From contig CAYTNV010000014.1 in NCBI GenBank assembly GCA_964439395.1, positions 3,980-67,979 on the forward strand: 64,000 nt of DNA. The letters are read 5' to 3'. The notes under the pieces are model-generated. The model made no database searches. It was not told the DNA's origin and saw only the letters and a program-made list of their open reading frames with translations. The position numbers and the translations under genes were made by a program. Position 1 is the stretch's first letter. Every line of letters starts with the position of its first letter. The DNA is from an uncultured Blautia sp. Lineage in GTDB: Bacteria; Bacillota; Clostridia; Lachnospirales; Lachnospiraceae. This document shows, piece after piece, positions 46,962 to 57,035 of this stretch.

Positions 46962-48596
46962 TTATTTCATAAGATGTAGTTTTCTATAGACTTTTAATAA
47001 CTTTGTCCCAAGAGGCATATCCATGAGATCTTCTACTGTCACAGCTTTAAAGATAGGTAATGTAATTCCATAGACTAAAACAGCAATTAAAATAGCTGGA
47101 ACAATGGATATGATATTGGAATAAATAATAAAATGGTGAATTCCATGATACACTACATAGGCAACTGCTCCCATAATGAGAGAACAAATAAGAGGGAGAA
47201 TAAATGTTGTTTTTATCTCCTGCTTATAGGATAAATGCTTTCCGACTGCAATCCAGTTTAAAATACATACAACAAGAGGAAATGTAACATTTCCGATTAC
47301 CATGCCATAAACTCCTAAGTGAAAGAGATTTAGTAAAATATATACTAAGATGATATGAATGACTAAGGAGATTGCGGAGTGGATAACAGAAAGTTTCAAT
47401 AAATCCACACCCTGTAATACAGCATTTGTCACAGTGGAGAGTGAGAAAAATACAACTGCACAACATCCGATTATCATTAAGTTTCTTGTAAGTACTGTAT
47501 CGTCATTAAAAATTAACTGCATAATAGGACAGGCCAATGCCCCCATACCAACTGCAGAAGGAATCGCAATTAACATATTAAACTTAATAGTAGAATAAAT
47601 TTTTTGTTGTACTTCCTCGTGTTTTTTTTGAACTCTTGAAGTAACAATACTTGGAATCATAGAAGTTCCAAGAGCAGTGGCTATGGCCACGGGTACATTC
47701 GTCAGTAGGCGATATTTTCCAGAATAAATACCGAGTAGAGAAGCTCTTATACTTTCTCCAAATCCCTGTCTTGCCATTAAAATATTAAATAAGGAATTAT
47801 CGATAATTCCACTGAGCTGATAAATTGTCTGGCTTAAAATAATTGGCACGATTGTAAGAATTAATAGTTTGAAAATCTGTCCGTAGCTTTCTATAGTTTG
47901 GTTTGTCCGATAATACTTTGTATTATCTAGGGATGATTTTTTCATTATATATATAATAAGAAGAAAAATAAAGGCAGCTACAGCACCAGAAAATGTACCA
48001 AAAGTACCGCCAGCGGCACCAAAAGCAGCAGCATTTGGAAGTTCTGCGTACTTTTTAATAAAATAAAAAGAAGCAACTACGCTGACAACAGCGTTTACAA
48101 TCTGCTCAATAACTTGAGAAATAGATGTCGGAATCATCGTATTTTTTCCTTGAAAAAATCCTCTGAATACACCCATGACAGAAAATACTAATATAGTAGG
48201 AACCAACATCATTAATGGTAAAGCACTATTTGGACTTTGAAAAACATGTAGTGCTATAAAATCTGCGCCAAACCAGATAACTAAAGTCATAATAGTACCG
48301 ACACTTGCTGCGAAAAGCATAGCAACATGGAAAATTCGCTGAGAATTTTGGTATTCTTGCAGGACATCTTTTGCAGCAATTAATTTGGAAACGGCGAGAG
48401 GTAAACTGTAGGAGGAAAGAATTAACCCCAGATTATACATTTCGTAGGCTGTGTTATAATAGCCAATACCTTCGTTTCCTAAAATATTGGTCATAGGAAT
48501 TTTATAAATCAGACCAATAATTCGTACGATGATTGATGCAATAGCTAAAATAGAACCTTGCACCAAAAAATTACTTGTGTTCTTTTTTTTACTCAT
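46962..48596 (-). CDS. MOP-superfamily flippase (MurJ/SpoVB/YtgP-like polysaccharide biosynthesis protein)
   Basis: About 14 TM segments and an N-terminus MSKKKNTSNFLVQGSILA... typical of this family. Start set at the ATG at 48596. Confidence 0.8.
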   Translation of the reverse strand: MSKKKNTSNFLVQGSILAIASIIVRIIGLIYKIPMTNILGNEGIGYYNTAYEMYNLGLILSSYSLPLAVSKLIAAKDVLQEYQNSQRIFHVAMLFAASVGTIMTLVIWFGADFIALHVFQSPNSALPLMMLVPTILVFSVMGVFRGFFQGKNTMIPTSISQVIEQIVNAVVSVVASFYFIKKYAELPNAAAFGAAGGTFGTFSGAVAAFIFLLIIYIMKKSSLDNTKYYRTNQTIESYGQIFKLLILTIVPIILSQTIYQLSGIIDNSLFNILMARQGFGESIRASLLGIYSGKYRLLTNVPVAIATALGTSMIPSIVTSRVQKKHEEVQQKIYSTIKFNMLIAIPSAVGMGALACPIMQLIFNDDTVLTRNLMIIGCCAVVFFSLSTVTNAVLQGVDLLKLSVIHSAISLVIHIILVYILLNLFHLGVYGMVIGNVTFPLVVCILNWIAVGKHLSYKQEIKTTFILPLICSLIMGAVAYVVYHGIHHFIIYSNIISIVPAILIAVLVYGITLPIFKAVTVEDLMDMPLGTKLLKVYRKLHLMK

Positions 48597-48997
48597 AATA
48601 CCAACCTTCGCTATTCTATAATGTAGAAGTTTTAGTTCTGGTGTCATATTGATTTTTATAATTCAATATCACTTCTTATAGTATAGCATAGAGATATAAG
48701 ATAAAACAAGAGAAGAAAGGGGGAAAAGTGGAGAAAAGACATTGATTTTATGAAAAAACTTCGATAAGATAACTTATGAGGAGACATGGGGATTCATAAG
48801 GTAATAAAACTAAGAGCTTGCGAAGCAAATATTTAGTTTTATGCTGGCAAATTAGTGAGTAATTATGTTGAGAACCTATTATGCTCCTGGTATAAGCAGA
48901 GGCAGAGCAAAGTTCTACATCGGAGGAGAATTTTCCGATAGTATGATTTATGAAAAGTTTCTGGTAGAGAAGCCAAAAAGTTAGAGAAAAGAAAGAA

Positions 48998-50059
48998 GTG
49001 AATAATTTGAGAGTAAAAAAAAGTATTGTGGGGATAGTTTTTTTGATATTATGCTTAGGACTTATATCATGTAAGCATAATATTTTGACAATGAGATATA
49101 AAGAAAACATGGAAGGGGAAGAAAGTTTAAGTGATAAAGTGGAAAAGAGTAAAAAGGATGCGATTCAGGGAACAGAGATTGTAGAAATTTATATTATAAC
49201 TCCATCCTATGTCAATCCATTTTTTAAGGCGGAAGCAGAGGCGATAACGAAAAAATTGAAGGAATATGGGTATCAAGTACGAGTCGTTTCTCATACAGAT
49301 AATACTAAAGAGCAGGAGGAGCTATTTGAAGAGGCGGTAGAAGGTGGAGCGGCTGCGGTCATTTGCGATAATGCGGATAGTAAACTTTCGGCAGAGATGA
49401 TTGCCAAGGCAAAAGAGGAGGGAATACTTACCGTTTTAGTTGACCGAGGCATTGAAGAACAGGGGATTGCTTTCGCTCAGGTTTTGTCTGATAATTATCA
49501 GGGAGCTGCTCTGGTAGTACAGCAATTTATAAAAGAGATGGATGGAGAGGGAAAATATATTGAACTTCTTGGACTTGAATCAGATGAGAATGCTACTATC
49601 CGAAGTGATACGTTTCACACATATTTGGATATCACAGAGGGGATGGAAATGATTGCAAAAAAGAGAGCTGATTGGGATTTTACGAAGGCGAAGGAAATTG
49701 TCTCTGATTTATTAGAGAAGAATCCAGATGTGAAGGGAATTATATGTGGAAATGATACAATGGCGCTAGGTGCGTTAGATGCTGTGAAAGACGCTGATTT
49801 AGACCACGAGGTAATTATTACAGGAATCGATGGAAGCGATGATGTAATTGATGAAATAAAAAAAGGCAATATAAAAGCTACAGTGCTTCAACCAGTAGAT
49901 AAGATTGCAGATTTTGCAGTGACAGAAATTCATGATTATCTGACAGAAAAAAAGGAGACGCCCGTAGAGGTACAGCTTATTTCATGTGTACTAGTGACAG
50001 AAGAAAATGCAGATAATGTCTCAAATTTTGAGTATCGTGAGTCGGAAGAAAAAGAGTAA
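48998..50059 (+). CDS. Type-I periplasmic sugar-binding lipoprotein (RbsB-like), orphan
   Basis: Lipobox LGLISC and the PBP type-I/LacI-like pattern. No transporter genes adjacent. The GTG start is uncertain. Confidence 0.75.
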   Translation: MNNLRVKKSIVGIVFLILCLGLISCKHNILTMRYKENMEGEESLSDKVEKSKKDAIQGTEIVEIYIITPSYVNPFFKAEAEAITKKLKEYGYQVRVVSHTDNTKEQEELFEEAVEGGAAAVICDNADSKLSAEMIAKAKEEGILTVLVDRGIEEQGIAFAQVLSDNYQGAALVVQQFIKEMDGEGKYIELLGLESDENATIRSDTFHTYLDITEGMEMIAKKRADWDFTKAKEIVSDLLEKNPDVKGIICGNDTMALGALDAVKDADLDHEVIITGIDGSDDVIDEIKKGNIKATVLQPVDKIADFAVTEIHDYLTEKKETPVEVQLISCVLVTEENADNVSNFEYRESEEKE

Positions 50060-50102
50060 GAAGCGACAAACAAAGTTCAGTGAAATAAAACAAAAGTCGC
50101 GC

Positions 50103-50132
50103 TTGACTAAAACTATTTTTGCATAGTAGAAT
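50103..50132 (+). promoter_or_regulatory. Candidate promoter upstream of the riboswitch/CDF unit
   Basis: TTGACT-18-TAGAAT. Confidence 0.5.
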
Positions 50133-50252
50133 GAGAAGACAGACAAAGGTAATAAAAAACGAATCTTAATAAGAAAAAATATCCATAAGACCAGTTGACC
50201 TTGCTATAGAATATGGAAAATCCATATTGTATATAACATCCAATACTGATCA

Positions 50253-50316
50253 GACTGTGAAGTTTTCTTCATGTAAGTCGGGCCTATTTGGCAGCAGATA
50301 ATCTGCGGGACAGTGT
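50253..50316 (+). promoter_or_regulatory. NiCo (czcD-motif) riboswitch aptamer
   Basis: Four-helix layout: P1 ACUGU/ACAGU, P2 UGAAG/CUUCA, P3 GCC/GGC, P4 GCAGA/UCUGC. Junction strings GUCGGGCC, GGCAGCAGAU and UCUGCGGGACAGU closely resemble the recalled czcD consensus (GCCGGGCU, GGCAACAGAU, UCUGUGGGACAGU). It sits upstream of a CDF exporter. Confidence 0.7.
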
Positions 50317-50346
50317 ATGTATATTGTTCTGCGGATTTTTTTATTT
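50300..50346 (+). terminator. Riboswitch expression-platform terminator
   Basis: AATCTGCGGGACA / TGTTCTGCGGATT, 13 bp with three G-U pairs (valid on the plus strand only), then T7. The 5' arm overlaps the aptamer's 3' strand. Confidence 0.7.
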
Positions 50347-50498
50347 TCTAGAAAGTACGATTGTTCTGTTTTTTCGGAACTTTCATAGTAAATAAAAATA
50401 CTCCGCTATTTGGAAACAATAATTTATTTGTTAGTTAAGTGAATTGTCTAAATAATATTGAGACAGATACAATAATAGAAAGAAACGGGGTATGAAAA

Positions 50499-51422
50499 AT
50501 GAAACAAAATCAAGAAAGAATAAATTTAACAGATAAGGAAAAGAAAAAAATAGCGATGCATGTGTCCCATACGAGTATCGGAGTGAATATGATATTATCC
50601 GTTGGAAAATTATTAGCGGGATTGTTGGCTCACTCTAGTGCGATGATTTCTGATGCGATTCATTCCGCTTCAGATGTATTTAGTACATTAATAGTGATTA
50701 TTGGAATCTATATTTCTAGTAAGGAATCTGATAAAGAGCATCAGTACGGACATGAGAGATTTGAATGTGTTGCTTCTATTATTTTAGCGACCGTGCTTGC
50801 GCTTACTGGACTTGCGATAGGATATCAGGGGCTTACTAAGATTATTGGTGGAATGCATGGCGAGGAACTTATTATTCCTGGAAAGTTGGCACTTATAGCT
50901 GCATTCATCTCCATCATAGTAAAAGAGGGAATGTATTGGTATACAAGAAATGCGGCGAAGAAGATTAAGTCTGGTGCGCTTATGGCAGATGCATGGCATC
51001 ATAGAAGTGATGCATTATCTTCCATCGGAAGTTTAGTTGGTATCGGAGCAGCGATTCTTGGATTTCCAATTTTTGATTCGATTGCAAGTGTTGCCATTTG
51101 TTTTTGTATTTTTAAAGTAGCTTACGATATTTATAAAGATGCTGTATCTAAGATGTTAGATACTTCCTGTGACCAAGAGATAAATGAGAAGATGGAGGCA
51201 GTGATTTTAGCACAGGATGGCGTGAAAGACGTAGATTTATTGAAAACGAGATTATTCGGCTCTAAAATCTATGTTGATGTGGAAATTAGTGCAGATGCTT
51301 CTCTGACATTAGAAGCTTCTCATGCAATTGCGGAGAAGGTGCATAATAAAATCGAGGAAGAATTTGAGGATGTAAAGCATTGTATGGTTCATGTAAATCC
51401 TTATACAGAAAAGATAGCATAA
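50499..51422 (+). CDS. Cation diffusion facilitator (CzcD-like) metal exporter
   Basis: Six TM segments, metal-site motifs DAIHSASD and DAWHHRSD, and a C-terminal cytoplasmic domain. Confidence 0.9.
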   Translation: MKQNQERINLTDKEKKKIAMHVSHTSIGVNMILSVGKLLAGLLAHSSAMISDAIHSASDVFSTLIVIIGIYISSKESDKEHQYGHERFECVASIILATVLALTGLAIGYQGLTKIIGGMHGEELIIPGKLALIAAFISIIVKEGMYWYTRNAAKKIKSGALMADAWHHRSDALSSIGSLVGIGAAILGFPIFDSIASVAICFCIFKVAYDIYKDAVSKMLDTSCDQEINEKMEAVILAQDGVKDVDLLKTRLFGSKIYVDVEISADASLTLEASHAIAEKVHNKIEEEFEDVKHCMVHVNPYTEKIA

Positions 51423-51441
51423 AATTATGATTCGACAAAGA

Positions 51442-51480
51442 GGAGAGAGTAGAGAAAATCTATTCTCTTTTCTTTATTTT
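51442..51480 (+). terminator. Terminator after the CDF gene
   Basis: GGAGAGAGTAGA / TCTATTCTCTTT stem with G-U pairs, then a T-rich run. Confidence 0.55.
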
Positions 51481-51839
51481 AATGGAGCATAACTTTCGTT
51501 TTTAAGTATAAGTCAGTATAGGATGTTGAATTATCTTATTGGCATAAAATATATAAAAATGTCCGTGCTGTTAATACAATTGTACTAAAAATATAGCACA
51601 AATTTAGGGGAAGATATTTTATAAAAATAGGAAAAAATGAATGAAAATCTTCTTTTTTATGCAAAAATCAATGACATTAGCTTGTGATTTCAAATGGGTT
51701 ATGCTATACTAAGTGGCGTAATAACAAAGAATATAAAATTTGAGGTCGATTGTGACAAAAACATAGATGAGATTCGTGGTTTTTTCTATATATAAAGCAA
51801 TCTGACTTTTAAGAAATATAAGAAAGGTTTGGTAAAAAA

Positions 51840-53327
51840 ATGAATCTTATGTATAAAAGTACAAGAAATAGTGCTGAGAAGGTAACAGCTTCTGAGGCAA
51901 TTTTAAGAGGTTTGGCAAAGAATGCTGGTCTTTATGTTCCAGAAGAAATTCCAGCACTTGAAAAGACAATGAGAGAGTTAGCTCCTATGAGTTATCAAGA
52001 AACTGCTTACGAGGTAATGAAATTATTTTTGACAGATTTCACAGAGGAAGAATTAAAATACTGTATTGAACATGCTTATGATAAGAAGTTTGACACAGAA
52101 GAGATTGCTCCACTTGTAAAAGCAGACGGGGCATATTATTTAGAGCTATTTCACGGTTCTACTATTGCTTTTAAAGATATGGCACTTTCCATCTTACCTT
52201 ATCTTTTGACAACATCTGCAAAAAAGAATCATATTAAAAATGAAATTGTAATCCTCACAGCTACTTCTGGTGATACAGGTAAGGCTGCATTGGCAGGATT
52301 TGCGGATGTAGAGGGAACAAAGATTATCGTATTTTATCCAAAGTCTGGTGTCAGCCCAATTCAGGAAAAACAGATGGTGACACAAAAAGGAGATAATACA
52401 TACGTAATCGGAATTAAAGGAAACTTTGATGATGCTCAGACAGGTGTAAAGAAAATGTTCTCCGACGCAAAATTAGCGAAAGAGATGGATGAGGCTGGAT
52501 ATCAATTTTCTTCTGCGAACTCTATTAATGTAGGGCGTTTAGTTCCACAGATTGTCTACTATGTATATGCTTACGCAAAAATGCTTGAGAATGGAGAAAT
52601 TACAGATGGCGAAGAAATCAATGTAGTTGTTCCTACAGGAAATTTTGGAAATATTTTAGCTGCATTTTATGCAAAGCAAATGGGCGTGCCTATTGCAAAG
52701 TTAGTTTGTGCATCCAATGAGAATAAAGTATTATTTGATTTCTTTAATACAGGAAGTTACGATAAAAATAGAGAGTTTATTTTGACATCTTCCCCATCTA
52801 TGGATATCTTAATTTCTAGCAACTTAGAGCGCTTAATTTATCGTATCTGCGGACATGATTCTGAGAAAAATGTAGAGTTTATGAGCCAGCTTTCTAAAGA
52901 GGGTGTTTATGAGATTACAGATGAGATGAAAAAAGAATTAGCAGATTTTTATGGTGGATATGCGAGTGAGGAAGAGACAGCGCAGGTTATAAAAGAAATC
53001 TATGATAAGACAGGATATATTATTGACACTCACACTGCGGTGGCAGCAAAAGTGTATAAGAAATATAAAGAAGAGACAAAAGATGGGAAAAAGGCTGTTA
53101 TTGCATCCACAGCCAGTCCATATAAATTCACAAGAAGTGTTATGAATGCAGTTAGTGGTGACATAGAAGGCAAAAGTGATTTCGAGTTAGTTGACGAGTT
53201 AAATCAGATTTCTGGTGTTGCAGTTCCAAATGCAATTGAGGAGATTAGAACAGCACCAGTACTTCATGATATTGTTTGTGAGACAGAAGATATGGAAAAA
53301 GAGGTAAGGAAAATTTTAGGCTGCTAG
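51840..53327 (+). CDS. thrC: Threonine synthase (long form)
   Basis: 495 aa. PLP-lysine motif AFKDMAL. Confidence 0.9.
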   Translation: MNLMYKSTRNSAEKVTASEAILRGLAKNAGLYVPEEIPALEKTMRELAPMSYQETAYEVMKLFLTDFTEEELKYCIEHAYDKKFDTEEIAPLVKADGAYYLELFHGSTIAFKDMALSILPYLLTTSAKKNHIKNEIVILTATSGDTGKAALAGFADVEGTKIIVFYPKSGVSPIQEKQMVTQKGDNTYVIGIKGNFDDAQTGVKKMFSDAKLAKEMDEAGYQFSSANSINVGRLVPQIVYYVYAYAKMLENGEITDGEEINVVVPTGNFGNILAAFYAKQMGVPIAKLVCASNENKVLFDFFNTGSYDKNREFILTSSPSMDILISSNLERLIYRICGHDSEKNVEFMSQLSKEGVYEITDEMKKELADFYGGYASEEETAQVIKEIYDKTGYIIDTHTAVAAKVYKKYKEETKDGKKAVIASTASPYKFTRSVMNAVSGDIEGKSDFELVDELNQISGVAVPNAIEEIRTAPVLHDIVCETEDMEKEVRKILGC

Positions 53328-53414
53328 TATGGACTAGTGAGAAAATAAGCAAGTAGGTCTGCTGGAATATTAGCCAGATAGTTTGGATTTGTACTGTTAG
53401 AAAAGAGGAATAAT

Positions 53415-53666
53415 TTGGTACAATTAGGAGTAATTGAGGTTGATATACATGAGATGAATCAATACGAGGCAAAGACCTATATTGATTCTCAGCTAAAACA
53501 TGCTAAAAAGAATACGTATAGATTGAGAGTTATACATGGGTTTCACGGAGGAACGAAACTACGAGAAATGGTGAGGACGAGATATCGAAATCACCCAAAA
53601 GTGCTTAGAATTGAAATTGGAGCAAATCTAGGAGAGACAGATTTAGTGCTTCGCGAATTATTTTAA
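53415..53666 (+). CDS. Small stand-alone Smr-domain-like protein
   Basis: TTG start 6 nt after AAGAGGA. The pattern IEVDIHEMN...LRVIHGFHGG resembles Smr (DLHG...HG.G). Moderate certainty. Confidence 0.55.
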   Translation: MVQLGVIEVDIHEMNQYEAKTYIDSQLKHAKKNTYRLRVIHGFHGGTKLREMVRTRYRNHPKVLRIEIGANLGETDLVLRELF

Positions 53667-53724
53667 TATATTATATGAAAAATACTCCCACCCCTGAGTG
53701 AAATATAAGGGGCGGGAGTATTTT

Positions 53725-54405
53725 TTACTGCTCTGACTCAACTTTAGCTTCTTTTTCCGCTAAATATTTTTTTAATCCTTTACTTCTTAATTTACAGGCA
53801 GGGCAGTTTCCGCATCCGTCTCCGATAATACCATTATAGCAAGTGAGAGTTTCATTTCTGATAATATCTAGTACGCCGAGCTCATCTGCAAGTGCCCAAG
53901 TTTCTTTCTTATCAATCCACATAAGAGGTGTGACAATATCAAATTGATAATCCATAGCTAAATTAAGAGATACATTTAAGGATTTGATAAACACATCACG
54001 ACAGTCTGGATATCCACTAAAATCACTCTGAGATACGCCAGTAATGATATCTGTAATACCTCTTTGTTTAGCAAAGATAGCTGCAAATGTTAAAAATAGC
54101 ATATTTCTTCCATCGACGAAGGAGTTTGGAGTTCCAACTTCAGGAGCCTCTGTGTCAACTGGAATATTGTCTCTCGTAAGAGAATTTGGAGCTAATTTGC
54201 CAAGAAGAGACATATCTAAGACATGATGCTCAATTCCATAGTTATCGCAGATTTGTCTTGCATATTTTAATTCTAAAATATGTTTTTGATTGTAATCAAA
54301 AGAAATTGCGATTGTATTTTCGTAGTTTTTTCTCGCCCAAAAAAGGCAAGTTGTGCTGTCTTGTCCACCGCTCAATACGACAAGAGCAATTTTGTTCTTT
54401 TTCAT
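53725..54405 (-). CDS. queC: 7-cyano-7-deazaguanine synthase
   Basis: PP-loop SGGQDSTT and C-terminal Zn cysteines CGNCPAC. Confidence 0.95.
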   Translation of the reverse strand: MKKNKIALVVLSGGQDSTTCLFWARKNYENTIAISFDYNQKHILELKYARQICDNYGIEHHVLDMSLLGKLAPNSLTRDNIPVDTEAPEVGTPNSFVDGRNMLFLTFAAIFAKQRGITDIITGVSQSDFSGYPDCRDVFIKSLNVSLNLAMDYQFDIVTPLMWIDKKETWALADELGVLDIIRNETLTCYNGIIGDGCGNCPACKLRSKGLKKYLAEKEAKVESEQ

Positions 54406-54478
54406 ATAAATTTTCTCCTTTTTATTTATTCTTTAAGAATACGTTTACCTTTTTTTGAGATAAGATGAAATGACAGTA

Positions 54479-55069
54479 TTACTGTGCCATCATCATATAT
54501 AATTTATTTTGCAATGCTATATCTGTCTGAAAACGTCCTCTCAATGTAGTGGAGACTGTTGTGCTATGCGGTTTTTTGATACCTCGTGCACTCATACAGC
54601 TATGGCAACCTTTGATGATGACTGCCACATCAGGGGAATCAGATGCCTCTTGCATAATTTCTGCGATATCGCTGCCGATTCTTTCTTGAAGTTGAAGACG
54701 CTTAGAAACCATGTCAGCAATTCGAGCAATCTTGCTCAGACCAAGGACACGGGTTGTCGGGAGATAGGCAATTGCTACTTTCATATCGTACATAAGAGCC
54801 ATATGATGCTCACAGTAGCTGAAAATGTCGATATCTTTTACTAGGACGATATCATTGCTCTGGCTGTCAATACTTAAATCATCCTGAAATGATTTGCAAA
54901 ACATTTCTGCAATTTCATGGTTTGAATAATTCATTCCCTCGAATACCTCGGCATACATATTTGCTACTCGCTTTGGAGTGTCAACTAATCCCTCTCTATC
55001 GGGATTATCGCCAAGAGCAACCAAAATTCCACGGATATGTTCTTCGATTGCTGCTTTGTCAATAGCCAT
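54479..55069 (-). CDS. folE: GTP cyclohydrolase I
   Basis: SYCEHHM motif, 196 aa. Confidence 0.9.
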   Translation of the reverse strand: MAIDKAAIEEHIRGILVALGDNPDREGLVDTPKRVANMYAEVFEGMNYSNHEIAEMFCKSFQDDLSIDSQSNDIVLVKDIDIFSYCEHHMALMYDMKVAIAYLPTTRVLGLSKIARIADMVSKRLQLQERIGSDIAEIMQEASDSPDVAVIIKGCHSCMSARGIKKPHSTTVSTTLRGRFQTDIALQNKLYMMMAQ

Positions 55070-55084
55070 TTTTATTCCTTCTTT

Positions 55085-55750
55085 CTAAACCCCACGCTCA
55101 TCAGGGGACCATATAATTTTGTGAAGCTGTAGCTGTAGATTCACTTTATTTAATCTTTGCTCTATCATAAAATTTACAATATCTTTTGGGTCTATTTTTC
55201 CAAAAACGGGACTAAAATAAATAGAGCAGCGATCTAATAATTGATAGTTATTTATAATATGTTTCGCAACCTCTAAGTCGTTGTGGTCGCCGACAACAAA
55301 CTTGACGGTATCGTCTTTTCTTAAATAAGAAAAATTGGATAAATTCATAAAAGCTTCCATACCGCTTCCAGGAAGCTTATAGTCCATTGTAAAATGTGGA
55401 CCGTTTAAAAGATGAGAAAACGGCTCCAAATTTACACTTCCGTTTGTCTCAATTTCTACGTAAAGATTCTCATCCTTTGACAATTTCTCTAGTAGAGTTA
55501 AAATTTCTGGAACGAGAAGGGGTTCTCCGCCAGTCAGGGTAATATTAGTAACTTTTGTGGAGCGAATATATTCATAAATCTCGTTAGCACTTAAATTTTC
55601 GCATGGAACATCTGTTTTATTTGCCCATGTCGTATCGCAAAAGCTACAGTTAAGATTGCATCCAGCAAAGCGGATGAAAACAGATAATTGTCCACAACGA
55701 GTTCCCTCACCATTAATACTGATAAATTTTTCTACAATAGGGTATGTCAT
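55085..55750 (-). CDS. queE: 7-carboxy-7-deazaguanine synthase (radical SAM)
   Basis: CNLNCSFCDT cluster motif and QueE-like length. Confidence 0.9.
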   Translation of the reverse strand: MTYPIVEKFISINGEGTRCGQLSVFIRFAGCNLNCSFCDTTWANKTDVPCENLSANEIYEYIRSTKVTNITLTGGEPLLVPEILTLLEKLSKDENLYVEIETNGSVNLEPFSHLLNGPHFTMDYKLPGSGMEAFMNLSNFSYLRKDDTVKFVVGDHNDLEVAKHIINNYQLLDRCSIYFSPVFGKIDPKDIVNFMIEQRLNKVNLQLQLHKIIWSPDERGV

Positions 55751-55756
55751 GGTAAC

Positions 55757-56179
55757 CTACCTTTCTCTGTAGGAGGCACAGTTTGTCGGTGTCTCGTAAA
55801 TTGTTGCGCTAGTTACCTGGTAGCCGAGTTTTTTTGTTTTATCGTAGAAATATTTTGCAAAATTTTCTGCAGTAGGACGAAATGGAATCTCAATAATATT
55901 AAATTCTTCCTCGAGCAGAGCTTCCAACGTCTTTGGTTTTAGAGTACCTTCTTCTATAATAAAGGCATGGTCAAAAGAATCGGCGAGTGATTTTACATCT
56001 TTTTTGAGTGAACCAAAATCGACGAGCATTCCACGAGACTGTCTGTCTTGACAAAGCTTTTCGCCCTCCACTTCGATACAAACTCTCCATCTATGACCAT
56101 GAATATTTTTACATTTCCCAGAATAGTCTGCTAAAAAATGGGCAGCGTCAAAAGATGCTTCTGTTTTTAATGTATACAT
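55757..56179 (-). CDS. queD: 6-carboxy-5,6,7,8-tetrahydropterin synthase
   Basis: CKNIHGHRW motif. Start placed at MYTLKTEASFDAAHFL (ATG at 56179, GAAAGG RBS). The 30-codon upstream extension covers the conserved non-coding element. Confidence 0.9.
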   Translation of the reverse strand: MYTLKTEASFDAAHFLADYSGKCKNIHGHRWRVCIEVEGEKLCQDRQSRGMLVDFGSLKKDVKSLADSFDHAFIIEEGTLKPKTLEALLEEEFNIIEIPFRPTAENFAKYFYDKTKKLGYQVTSATIYETPTNCASYRER

Positions 56180-56216
56180 AATTACAAACCTTTCTGTTTT
56201 AATATATAAATAGTAT

Positions 56217-56367
56217 TTGATATTCCCATGCCTGAGATTAGGGGATTCTTGCTTCTTCCTCCACTGCATCTCTCACGAAAAAGACGATGTCTTACGTGAA
56301 GCACATAAACTAGATTAGAGAGTTTTGTATATCCCACGGCGCTCTATTTATGTTTATATCCCCATAG
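56217..56367. repeat. Copy 2 of the unclassified element of about 145 nt, within the que operon upstream region
   Basis: Same colinear blocks and same orientation as 46393-46535. It lies 38-190 nt upstream of the queD start on the opposite strand. Confidence 0.7.
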
Positions 56368-57035
56368 CTCGGTATGATAAACTTTTTGTCTATTTTATAG
56401 TAGACGAAACATTATTATCATAGCTGAGTATATCACGCTCAGAAAATGATGTCTAGTGAAAAAACGAAGAAAAATACAAGAAAGTACCGAGAATAGTCTA
56501 AGATTGTGCAAAGATATTGTTTTATAGTGCAGGCTATTTATTTGTAGAAATAAAGATATTTTGGAGGTATATTTTTATTAAGAAGATTGGCAGTCAGAAT
56601 ATGCCAATTCGATAGAAAATAAAAGAGTGGTAATTTTTTTGATTTTATGCTTGATGGAAATTTTCATAGTAAATACTAATAAAAATTAAAAAAATAAAGT
56701 TTGGATTATGTAGAATGTTTAAATTTTTTAAAAAATGAAATTTTTTTATTTACAAACTGCAAAACATGTAGTATGATAGTGCAAGAGCAATCGAAGAGAA
56801 AAAAATAAGAGAGGATTGTTTCTGTATTTTTACAATTATAATGGGCGTTTTACAATATTATTTAAAAGAAAAAATGAGAAAAAATGCTCATAGATAGAAA
56901 AAAGCTAAGTAAAGCAGATTAGAATAGTGAAACTGTATTCAGTATTTATTGCAAATATATGGGTTTTCTGATGAGAGGTTTATCATATTGGAAAGCCAAC
57001 TACTCTGCTTGTCTGGATTTTTATACTTTAAAGAG

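Noticed and set aside
51423-51839. Looked for a T-box or other attenuator upstream of thrC
   Set aside because: A promoter-like TTGTGA-17-TATACT is present. The U-run at about 51783 is not preceded by a convincing hairpin, and no T-box motifs are seen.
56180-56269. 30-codon extension of queD (MQWRKKQESPNLRHG...)
   Set aside because: QueD homologs start at MYTLKTEASFDAAHF. The extension covers the conserved non-coding element and has no RBS.
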